Shown: piece by piece, positions 28,140-36,362 of the stretch
Position numbering within the stretch: the stretch's first letter is position 1
How the letters are laid out: every line of letters begins with the position of its first letter
From: an uncultured Bacteroidales bacterium
Lineage (GTDB): Bacteria > Bacteroidota > Bacteroidia > Bacteroidales > DTU049
Assembly (NCBI GenBank): GCA_964526285.1
Contig: CAZGIW010000002.1
Location: 23,594 to 87,593, forward strand
Reading direction: 5' to 3'
Length of the DNA: 64,000 nucleotides
Program-made: the position numbers and the translations under genes
Notes under the pieces: model-generated
Databases searched by the model: none
Seen by the model: the letters and a program-made list of their open reading frames with translations, nothing else
Told to the model about the DNA's origin: nothing

Positions 28140-28796
28140 TTATCTTATGATTTTAATGGTCATGCTAATATCAGTTGCAGGTCTGTCTCCTTTTGCTGTT
28201 TTTGTTCTGGCGATAGCATCTACAACATCAAGGCCTGAGATAACTTCTCCGAAAACAGTATAGTTGCCATCCAGATGAGGTGTGCCACCAACTGTTTTGT
28301 AAATTTCTCTGTGTTCTACTGAATACTTACTGCCAGATCTGAGCTCCATCTGATTTAATTCATTTTCGCTGAAAGGTCTGCCCTGAACAATATAAAACTG
28401 AGAGCCTGAACTTTCTTTGTTGGGATTTGTGTCATCACCCATGCGTGCTGCAGCAAGTGCTCCTTTTTTATGAATATTTTCCGGTACAAACTCTGCAGGG
28501 ATTGTATATCCTGGTCCACCTATGCCGAGCATTTGCCCTGATTTGGCATTTTTGCTATCCGGGTCACCTCCCTGAATCATGAAATTATTAATTACTCTGT
28601 GAAATAAAGTGCCGTCATAAAAGCCTTCAGAAACCAACTGAATAAAATTGTCGCGGTGAAGGGGAGTGTTGTCATACAATAAAATTTCAAGACTTCCGTA
28701 AGATGTAGTGATTTCAACAACTCTTGATGTGTCCTGTGCTTTTGTGATTGATGTCATAATTGCAAACATTGTAAGTGTGAGAAAAAAACGATTCAT
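28140..28796 (-). CDS. peptidylprolyl isomerase, cyclophilin type, secreted
   Basis: Signal peptide. FHRVINNFMIQGGDP, GSQFYIV and VFGEVISGLDVVD. Confidence 0.9.
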   Translation of the reverse strand: MNRFFLTLTMFAIMTSITKAQDTSRVVEITTSYGSLEILLYDNTPLHRDNFIQLVSEGFYDGTLFHRVINNFMIQGGDPDSKNAKSGQMLGIGGPGYTIPAEFVPENIHKKGALAAARMGDDTNPNKESSGSQFYIVQGRPFSENELNQMELRSGSKYSVEHREIYKTVGGTPHLDGNYTVFGEVISGLDVVDAIARTKTAKGDRPATDISMTIKIIR

Positions 28797-28958
28797 ATAC
28801 TTGTCTTTTTTTAATTTATTGCAAAGTTACAAAAAACTCATGATTATTGTTTTTCTTGTAATTAAAAAATAATTGAATTAAACATTGAAAAAAAAAACTA
28901 CTCTAATAGTAACTTTGTGTGAAAATTTATTGTATAATTGCAAAATAAAAATCATATC

Positions 28959-29306
28959 ATGAAAAAATTATTATCCTTTTTTGTTGTGCTATCTGTTATT
29001 GTACTCATAGTTGCAACTAGTTCATGTAAAAAAGATGAAGATATCAATGTCATTATCACTGTGAAGTATCTGTCTGATACAGCTGAGGTTGTTCCCCTTG
29101 CACATGTTCTTATTGAAAAATATGATGTAAGTGTACCGGGTGTGTGTAATGAAAAAGGTGTATTTGAACATACTTTTCGTGATGAAATGATTCTTGATGT
29201 TCGTGCATGGGAGATTGATTCTCTTGGTGAAGAAACAATGTACGGAGAAACAACCATACGTTTGGTAAAAGGAAAAACAGTGAGAAAATCAGTGTTTATT
29301 AACTAA
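28959..29306 (+). CDS. hypothetical lipoprotein
   Basis: MKKLLSFFVVLSVIVLIVATSSC lipobox. The ATG at 28959 is preferred over the TTG at 28938. Confidence 0.45.
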   Translation: MKKLLSFFVVLSVIVLIVATSSCKKDEDINVIITVKYLSDTAEVVPLAHVLIEKYDVSVPGVCNEKGVFEHTFRDEMILDVRAWEIDSLGEETMYGETTIRLVKGKTVRKSVFIN

Positions 29307-29399
29307 TCGGTTGACAGTTTCATCGGTTTTTTAGTTTTGAGCTTCACTATCTTGGTCTGTTATGATTAAGAAAAATAAGAATTTTTATAGTTGAGAAAC

Positions 29400-30350
29400 T
29401 TAAAGTTCATTTAATCCCAGTTTAGTATATCTTTCTTTAAACATTTTTCTGTATAGAAGTATCATTTCTTTAGAGAGAAAAGAAATATCTAACAAATTAA
29501 TTGAAGTAATTATACTATTCTGAATTCTTTCAAACGTACTTTTAATCTGTTTATCTGTCAGGCCTAAATCTTTTCCCAGTTGAATAAAGTGTTCCCTTTT
29601 TAGGTTTTTTCTCTTGCCATGAAGTGTAAGTGCAAGTTCTTCTTGATCTTCCGGATTGAGGATGGAAGCATTAAGTAAATCATATGCAGGTGCTAACACC
29701 CAGCCTGAAGGACTCTCAATCATTGAAAAATTTTTCAGATGCATATCATTATTTCCAGAAAGAAAAGAAAACAATGTTAATTCGTAAAAGAAGATTGTGT
29801 CAAGTAAAGTGTTGTCAGAATATTTGCGTAAGGACTTTCCTACTTTTTCCATTGAACTTCTGTACTTGTCATATGCCTCAGTAATTTGAAACATGTCAAT
29901 CATATGAATCTTTTCTCCTTTTTCAGTTCTGTCAATTCTTTTTGTAATGTATGCAAGTTCGCCAGATGCCAACCTGATTAGGGAAGATGGAACTACCCTG
30001 ATACCAAATGATTCAGCCATTCTCATGGTAACATGTTCGTTTGCAGGCATTTCAGGATAACGATCTGCAGGTGGTTTGAAAATATACATTCCGCCTATTG
30101 CATCAAAAAAAGTAAGACGAGAACCAGCTTTTTCTTTCGCATCTTTCACATGAGATAATGAAATTTTTGGCTGAACACCGGGTATCGATATGCTTCGTTC
30201 TACTACTTTTTTTGCAAGTTCATCAATTTGACTAAGAGTATACTCAATAACAGGTGGTTTTGATGTTCCAAAAAATTCTAATGAACACTTATCATGAAAA
30301 TCATGCCCTGATTTGATTGGTTGATAACAATATAAACACTTATTATTCAT
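29400..30350 (-). CDS. HipA-C-terminal-domain serine/threonine kinase toxin (HipT-like, lacks the HipA N-subdomain)
   Basis: N-terminal CLYCY...HDKC mini zinc finger. Gly-rich loop SISIPGVQPK (S53-I-S55). Catalytic loop NNDMHLKNFS. Confidence 0.8.
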   Translation of the reverse strand: MNNKCLYCYQPIKSGHDFHDKCSLEFFGTSKPPVIEYTLSQIDELAKKVVERSISIPGVQPKISLSHVKDAKEKAGSRLTFFDAIGGMYIFKPPADRYPEMPANEHVTMRMAESFGIRVVPSSLIRLASGELAYITKRIDRTEKGEKIHMIDMFQITEAYDKYRSSMEKVGKSLRKYSDNTLLDTIFFYELTLFSFLSGNNDMHLKNFSMIESPSGWVLAPAYDLLNASILNPEDQEELALTLHGKRKNLKREHFIQLGKDLGLTDKQIKSTFERIQNSIITSINLLDISFLSKEMILLYRKMFKERYTKLGLNEL

Positions 30351-30675
30351 TGTTTTTCAGAATTGGTTCAATACTTACTGCCCCTATGCAATTACGACAA
30401 CATGCTAATAACAATCCCATCCTGTCATTTCTATTGATTTTCCAACTTTCAGATGCAATATTTAACAACCATCCCTCAGGAATCAATCCGTCAAAAAATG
30501 GAAAAAGTCGGTTTTCTTTATATGGCATTTCTGTTACTGGCAGTGTGAAACTTATGAAATTTTTAGGATATTCCGTAACGTATTTTTCGTCATATTGAAA
30601 AATGAATTCTCCTTCATTTGTCTCAGTAATGATGCCAGCAAATTGATTTTTATAAAAAACTTTTCCTTGTCTCAT
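30343..30675 (-). CDS. stand-alone HipA N-terminal subdomain protein (HipS-like)
   Basis: FAGIITE...FQYDEKY......ISFTLP....Y....LFPFFDGLIPEGW is the couple_hipA pattern. Overlaps the kinase gene by 8 nt. Confidence 0.7.
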   Translation of the reverse strand: MRQGKVFYKNQFAGIITETNEGEFIFQYDEKYVTEYPKNFISFTLPVTEMPYKENRLFPFFDGLIPEGWLLNIASESWKINRNDRMGLLLACCRNCIGAVSIEPILKNNE

Positions 30676-30881
30676 ATAATTAATTCTTTACTTCTGACAG
30701 GTGCTAACTCATGACCGAACATACTTAAAACAATATTAACTTTGGCCATATTAAGATTGGTTTTGCCCTGTTCTATTTTTCTGATCACTGTGAGAGCAAC
30801 ACCTGCACGATTTGCAAATTCTTCCTGTGTAAGGCTTACTTCTTTTCTGCGTGCTTTAACAAATTCGGATAATTTTATCAT
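30672..30881 (-). CDS. XRE-family helix-turn-helix protein (HipB-like)
   Basis: LTQEEFANRAGVALTVIRKIEQGKTN. 4-nt ATGA overlap with the next gene. Confidence 0.75.
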   Translation of the reverse strand: MIKLSEFVKARRKEVSLTQEEFANRAGVALTVIRKIEQGKTNLNMAKVNIVLSMFGHELAPVRSKELII

Positions 30882-30907
30882 TATATGTTTTTAAATATAA
30901 ATATTTG

Positions 30908-30915
30908 CAAAATTA
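30908..30915 (-). promoter_or_regulatory. candidate Bacteroidota -7 box (TAATTTTG) for the hipB-like operon
   Basis: The reverse complement of CAAAATTA matches TAnnTTTG, 27 nt upstream of the ATG. It is flanked by two TTAAATATA copies (30891-30899 and 30941-30949). Confidence 0.35.
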
Positions 30916-31042
30916 AGAAATTATACGTAATTAAATATATTTTGATTAAAAAAAACGCTTTTATATTCAATTGCATATCCTTTAGTTGAGAAAAATTGCT
31001 ACTGTAATGAGAACCCCATGAGGATTGTAAAGCAACATCGGA

Positions 31043-32536
31043 TTACCATCTTCCTCCTGCACCACCACCACCTGTGCGGCCTCCTCCCCATGAGCCACCA
31101 CCGCCTGAACTGCCACTGCCCGAACTACTGCTGCTTCTGGTTTTCATTGGAATTGTATAGGTAGAATATGTTTTATTTCCGCAAAATTTACATGTGTATT
31201 CTCGTTCACCTGTTCCTGATGATGAATAAGTGGCATGTGTAATTGTTCGGTTCCTTGTTTGTCTCACTGCTAAGGTGCCACAGGAATTGCATTTTGTATA
31301 TGAACGGGACCCCGGGAAGGGGACTTCTACAGTATGCATGTTTAAACATTGAAAAATACGGTGGTCAACACTTTTGATCTTTTTTTCAAAAAGTTTGCTT
31401 TTACTTAGAATATTGCTGTATAAACTATTATCTTTTGAAGGCATTGCATGTGTTTTGCATATGGGACAGATAACAGCAGAATTTTTTAGTGATTTCAACT
31501 GAAATCTGTATCCAATTGCGTATAATAAAAATGGAAACGGAAAAAATATTGCCCTTGCTGCAAGTGCACCGTTGGATTTTTTCAGAGTAAAGTATTTTCC
31601 AATATTGTCATTTGTGATTTTATTTACATTGCTGTTTATTCTAAGTTGAATAATTGAAGATAACCCAAGAAGAAATGCATAAAGTCCTATAAATGAATTT
31701 TTTGCAGGATTGGAGAAAAAATCATCAAAATACATTGACATGGCAGGAACTATGGCTGAAAGCATATATATGCTCGCAAATTTCAGTGTTCTGTCTCCGC
31801 CCCAAACATCTACTTTTTTTGCCTCATCAGGAATAATTCTGGAGTGACTCTTGTCAACAACTTCTGTTGAATACAAGCTTGTTTTTTTTGGCGCTTTGTA
31901 ATTGCTCTTTTTTAAGAAACCGATAAATCCCAAAAGAAAAATAATTCCCCAGATTAACCAAATCCATATTCTCCAGGTATGCCACCATTCTTCGTAAGCA
32001 GAATAATACTTAATGAGACTTTCAGCATCTTCGCTGGTTACAATTTCTTCAATTTTTTCTGATACCTTGATAAGTCCCGTATCATACAATCCTTCCCTGA
32101 AATAAGGAACAATGAATCCCTCTCCCAGACTTTTCAGTAAAGCATCTGTCAGTAATCCCTCAAGGCCATAACCAGTAATAAACCTCCAGTCACGTGTACC
32201 CATTACTATCAGAAGCAAAAGTCCGTTGTCTTTCCCCTTTTCTCCTATTCCCCAGTGTGTAAACAAATCAACCCCAAACTTAAAGGCATCCCATTTGTAA
32301 TCAATGTTCTCCAAAACTACAATGGCATATTGAACACCAGTTTCATTTTCAATACGACGGCAAATAGTATTCAGGTCATTGATTGATTGATGACTTAAGT
32401 AATTGTCAGGGTCAGCAACATAGCCTGCACCTGGCTCTTTCTTTGGGTCTGGAACAGTTTCAGGGGTCCAGGCAGAGAACAGATGAAAACTAAGAAAACT
32501 AAAAAAAAATGAGAAAATCAGTATTTTCTGTTTCAT
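31043..32536 (-). CDS. TPM-domain membrane protein with zinc-ribbon region and Gly-rich tail
   Basis: TPM core (GVQYAIVVLENID..., GLLLLIVMGTRDWRFITGYGLEG). Several TM segments. CPICK/CNSCG/CKFCG ribbons. GGGGSWGGGRTGGGGAGGRW tail. The ATG at 32536 gives a signal peptide. Confidence 0.7.
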   Translation of the reverse strand: MKQKILIFSFFFSFLSFHLFSAWTPETVPDPKKEPGAGYVADPDNYLSHQSINDLNTICRRIENETGVQYAIVVLENIDYKWDAFKFGVDLFTHWGIGEKGKDNGLLLLIVMGTRDWRFITGYGLEGLLTDALLKSLGEGFIVPYFREGLYDTGLIKVSEKIEEIVTSEDAESLIKYYSAYEEWWHTWRIWIWLIWGIIFLLGFIGFLKKSNYKAPKKTSLYSTEVVDKSHSRIIPDEAKKVDVWGGDRTLKFASIYMLSAIVPAMSMYFDDFFSNPAKNSFIGLYAFLLGLSSIIQLRINSNVNKITNDNIGKYFTLKKSNGALAARAIFFPFPFLLYAIGYRFQLKSLKNSAVICPICKTHAMPSKDNSLYSNILSKSKLFEKKIKSVDHRIFQCLNMHTVEVPFPGSRSYTKCNSCGTLAVRQTRNRTITHATYSSSGTGEREYTCKFCGNKTYSTYTIPMKTRSSSSSGSGSSGGGGSWGGGRTGGGGAGGRW

Positions 32537-32618
32537 ATTGTCTAAATTTGCCCGTAAAATTATGATAAATTTGTAATTCATAAAATCATTCATTGAAATA
32601 ATTATAAAAAAATAAATT

Positions 32619-34073
32619 ATGTCACACGAAATCCTTCAACTTGAACCAACTTCCGTATGGAAGTATTTTTACGAAATTACCAAAGTACCCCGTCCTTCAA
32701 AAAAAGAAGAAAAAATCATTGCATGGCTTGAAAACTTTGCCAAGGAACATAATCTGGAATATCAGATTGATAAAACCGGAAATGTCCTGATTAGAAAAAA
32801 TGCATCTCCCGGTTTTGAAAACAAACCATGGGTATGCCTGCAAAGCCATATGGATATGGTGTGTGAAAAACACAGTCATGTACAGAAAGATTTTTTAAAT
32901 GATCCCATTGATGTCATCATTGATGGAGAATGGGTAAAGGCAGACGGAACAACTCTTGGAGCTGATGATGGTATAGGAATGGCTGTGCAGCTTGCTATTT
33001 TGGCTGATCCCTCTTTGCAGCACGGACACATTGAATGTTTGTTTACTGTGGATGAAGAAACCGGATTGACTGGTGCGTTTGGAGTGGAAGCAGGTTTTAT
33101 GAAAAGCAATATTCTTCTCAATCTTGACTCAGAAGATGATGGCGAGTTCTTCATCGGATGTGCCGGTGGAAAAGATACAGTTGGCAGACTCAATATGGAA
33201 ACCAATCCAGTGCCTGAAGGATATAAGTTTATTCAAGTAAACATTGCAGGTCTCAAAGGCGGACATTCAGGTGATGATATCGAAAAAGGTCTCGGAAACG
33301 CCAACAAAATTCTTTGCCGTTTTTTATGGCAACATCAAAATGAATTTCAAATGCGCATTGCACATATTGATGGCGGAAATCTGAGAAATGCCATCCCACG
33401 GGAAGCATATGCTGTCATTGGCGTTCCTGCAGAAAAAATTGAAAAACTGAAAGAATTGCTACAAGAATTTGATCATGTGCTGAAAAATGAACTCTTCGTC
33501 ACTGATCCGGGGGTAAATGTCACAGTAAAAGATGCTGATAATGCAATTTCAGTGTTCTCAATGCCTCTGCAAAAAACATTATTGAATCTCATATATGCAC
33601 TGCCTCATGGAGTTGTTGCCTGGGCACAGGACATTAAAGGTTTTGTTGAAACTTCCACAAACCTTGCTTCTATAAAAATTGAAGGAGATAAAATTGTAAT
33701 CACAACAAGTCAGAGAAGTTCTGTTGATTCTGCCAAAACAAATGTTTGCAATAAAGTGGCTTCTGTTTTTCAACTGGCTGGTGCTGAGTATGAACATTCT
33801 GACGGATATCCCGGCTGGACTCCCAATCCCAACAGCAAAGTGCTGAAATTTGCAAAGGGAGCATGGGAAAAACTGTTTGGTGAAGAACCAGTTGTCAGAG
33901 CAATTCATGCAGGCCTTGAATGTGGTTTGTTCAGCGAAAAATACCCCGGAATGGATATGATTTCATATGGTCCAACTCTCAGAGGTGTGCACAGCCCCGA
34001 CGAAAGACTGCTAATTCCTACAGTGAAAAAATTCTGGGACTTCACCTTGGAGGTGCTGAAGAATATTGAATAA
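32619..34073 (+). CDS. pepD: aminoacyl-histidine dipeptidase (M20C, PepD)
   Basis: LEPTSVWKYFYEITKVPRPS, LQSHMDMV, GADDGIGMA and FTVDEETG. Confidence 0.85.
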   Translation: MSHEILQLEPTSVWKYFYEITKVPRPSKKEEKIIAWLENFAKEHNLEYQIDKTGNVLIRKNASPGFENKPWVCLQSHMDMVCEKHSHVQKDFLNDPIDVIIDGEWVKADGTTLGADDGIGMAVQLAILADPSLQHGHIECLFTVDEETGLTGAFGVEAGFMKSNILLNLDSEDDGEFFIGCAGGKDTVGRLNMETNPVPEGYKFIQVNIAGLKGGHSGDDIEKGLGNANKILCRFLWQHQNEFQMRIAHIDGGNLRNAIPREAYAVIGVPAEKIEKLKELLQEFDHVLKNELFVTDPGVNVTVKDADNAISVFSMPLQKTLLNLIYALPHGVVAWAQDIKGFVETSTNLASIKIEGDKIVITTSQRSSVDSAKTNVCNKVASVFQLAGAEYEHSDGYPGWTPNPNSKVLKFAKGAWEKLFGEEPVVRAIHAGLECGLFSEKYPGMDMISYGPTLRGVHSPDERLLIPTVKKFWDFTLEVLKNIE

Positions 34074-34317
34074 ATAGTAACTTATTGTTTTTTAATCGCC
34101 ACAGAATCACAAAAACACTAAATAACACAAAATAAAGCACATAACTTCTGTGAAATTCTGTGTTTTTGTGCTTTAGTGGCAAAAAAATGAAACTGACCCT
34201 CCTCTTAAATACTAATCCCCATTATCACTAGTGTTGATGGAAGTTTCAAACTTTAGTTTTTTACTTTTAGAGGACAATAGGTAAAAATATATTCAGGTTG
34301 AATGTTTTTTAGAAAAT

Positions 34318-35367
34318 ATGGAAATAAAACAAAGAATACACGCTTTTTTCCTCCTCGGAAAAAAATTAAGAGAATTAATTGCTGAACTGGAAGCCAACCC
34401 CAATTGTGAACTGGCAAAAACCATGATTCAGGCTGAAACCCAAAACCAGTGGTTTACTGCAGAGCATGTCAAATATGCACTTAGTTCGGTTTCTTCAATG
34501 CTGGATGAAAAAAAACTCATTGAATTCGGACAAAAATATCTTTTAGATTCTGATCATATTAATCCCAAAACAGTTGCAATTATAATGGCAGGAAATATCC
34601 CGCTGGTGGGATTTCAGGATTTTGTCCATGTTTTGCTATCAGGAAACAAAGCTTTGTGCAAACTTTCGTCTGATGATGCTGTTTTGCTGCCTTTTGTTGC
34701 TCAGTTGCTCATTGAAGCCAATCCCGAATTTGAGAAATATATTGAATTTGCAACCGGAAAAATTGAAGGTTTTGATGCAGTCATTGCCACCGGAAGCAAC
34801 AATACTTCAAGATATTTTGAATATTATTTTTCTAAATACCCTCATATAATCCGTAAAAACAGAAACAGTGTTGCTGTTCTTTCAGGAAACGAAACTGCTG
34901 AACAGCTGGAAAGATTGGCCGATGATGTGTTTTTGTATTTTGGGTTTGGTTGCAGAAATGTTTCGGCTTTGGTTGTTCCTGAAGATTATGACTTTGAAAT
35001 GCTGATACATGTGTTTCAGAAATACTCACATTTTGGCAATCATCATAAATATATGAATAACTATGACTACTACAGAGCAATATTTATGGTGAATTCAACT
35101 CCATTTATTGATGGTGGTTTTTTTATGCTGATGAATTCTGATACAATTCATTCATTTCCTGGAATTATACATTATCATGTATATAAGGATATTAGCGAAG
35201 TCAGAGATTTAGTTAATGATAGAAGAGAAGATATTCAGTGTATTGTTGGGGATTCTTCAGAGATTGAGAATGTGATTCCTTTCGGCAGTGCACAGCAACC
35301 CCTTTTGGATGATTTTGCTGATGGAGTAAATACAATGAATTTTCTTTCAGAATTATCATGTAAATAG
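34318..35367 (+). CDS. LuxC-like acyl-CoA reductase family protein
   Basis: IMAGNIPLVGFQDFVHVLLSG and RNSVAVL match my memory of the about 350-aa Bacteroidota acyl-CoA reductase family. Confidence 0.6.
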   Translation: MEIKQRIHAFFLLGKKLRELIAELEANPNCELAKTMIQAETQNQWFTAEHVKYALSSVSSMLDEKKLIEFGQKYLLDSDHINPKTVAIIMAGNIPLVGFQDFVHVLLSGNKALCKLSSDDAVLLPFVAQLLIEANPEFEKYIEFATGKIEGFDAVIATGSNNTSRYFEYYFSKYPHIIRKNRNSVAVLSGNETAEQLERLADDVFLYFGFGCRNVSALVVPEDYDFEMLIHVFQKYSHFGNHHKYMNNYDYYRAIFMVNSTPFIDGGFFMLMNSDTIHSFPGIIHYHVYKDISEVRDLVNDRREDIQCIVGDSSEIENVIPFGSAQQPLLDDFADGVNTMNFLSELSCK

Positions 35368-35451
35368 TCAGGTTTATTTGTTTTTAAACTTCTCAGTACA
35401 GTCTTTTATAAGCCACCAATACACGAATTTTCACGAACAATTGCGTTGGTT

Positions 35452-35578
35452 CTGCAAAAGCCATTACACAATTTCAAATACTGAGAACTTGAAAGCAAGC
35501 TTTCGTTCTCAGTATTTGAAGCTGTGTAAAAGCAAATATGAATGCTCATATTTGCTTTTTTAACAATGGCTTTTGCAG
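35452..35578 (+). other. nested perfect inverted repeats (candidate structured RNA or palindromic element)
   Basis: Outer 14-bp stem 35452-35465/35565-35578 encloses a 16-bp stem 35473-35488/35505-35520 and a 14-bp stem 35528-35541/35546-35559. The last is followed by a T-run. Confidence 0.5.
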
Positions 35579-35948
35579 AAAGAAAGTTTTTGCGAATCAC
35601 AATTGACATTTGTTTTATAAATTTTTTGTGTTTGAAAAAAATTTCAGCAATACAAAAGGCTGTGTTTGTTTTGTTGAAATTGCGACGAGAAGGATTCTCA
35701 GGAGCAATTGCAACAGAGCAAACCAAAATCAACAACGTTGATTTTGATGCAAGGCAAAAGCCTTTTGTATTGCATAGCACTTAATATTCGTCACATCGTG
35801 ATAAATGGAAATCTGTGAATTTTTCCATAGGAATCCCGATGGGAGTGGCTAAAAAACTGCGATATTATTTTTGTGTCACATAGTGATAAATTGCTGGGCA
35901 GTTACGTTTTTTTAAAAAAACTTCGTACTTTTACAAAAAATTTTTCCA

Positions 35949-36350
35949 ATGAAAAAAATTACCCTATTCATCAGTGTTCTTTATATTGCAATTGCAATAA
36001 TCCCCTCATTTTCAGTTGCACAGAGTTCAGGCGGTGATGAGATTTTTGTTATTGTTGAAGATATGCCGCAATATCCTGGAGGCAACAATGCTTTGTCAGC
36101 ATTTATTTCTCAAAATCTCAAATATCCTGAAAATGCCAGAAAAAACAAAGTTGAAGGCACTGTATATGCTCAGTTTGTTGTTGAAAAAGATGGTTCTGTT
36201 TCTAATATTAGGATTTTGCAAAGTCTTCATCCTGAGTGTGATGCAGAGGTTTTGAGAGTGTTGGCACTGATGCCAAAATGGACACCCGGAAAACAAAGAG
36301 GGAAACCAGTTAGAGTACAGTTTAACCTGCCTGTTTCTTTTAAATTGTAG
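35949..36350 (+). CDS. TonB C-terminal domain protein
   Basis: Signal/anchor segment. MPQYPGGNNALSAFISQNLKYPENARKNKVEGTVYAQFVVEKDGSVSNIRI....P.....A.RV.....KW.PG.Q.GK.V. Confidence 0.75.
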   Translation: MKKITLFISVLYIAIAIIPSFSVAQSSGGDEIFVIVEDMPQYPGGNNALSAFISQNLKYPENARKNKVEGTVYAQFVVEKDGSVSNIRILQSLHPECDAEVLRVLALMPKWTPGKQRGKPVRVQFNLPVSFKL

Positions 36351-36362
36351 TTATATAACTTT

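Noticed and set aside
35378-35784. ORFs 35378..35563 (+), 35406..35780 (-) and 35542..35784 (+) in the 581-nt gap
   Set aside because: They overlap each other on both strands and are built from the palindromic stems. They show no family motifs and an odd composition. The region is better described as structured non-coding DNA.
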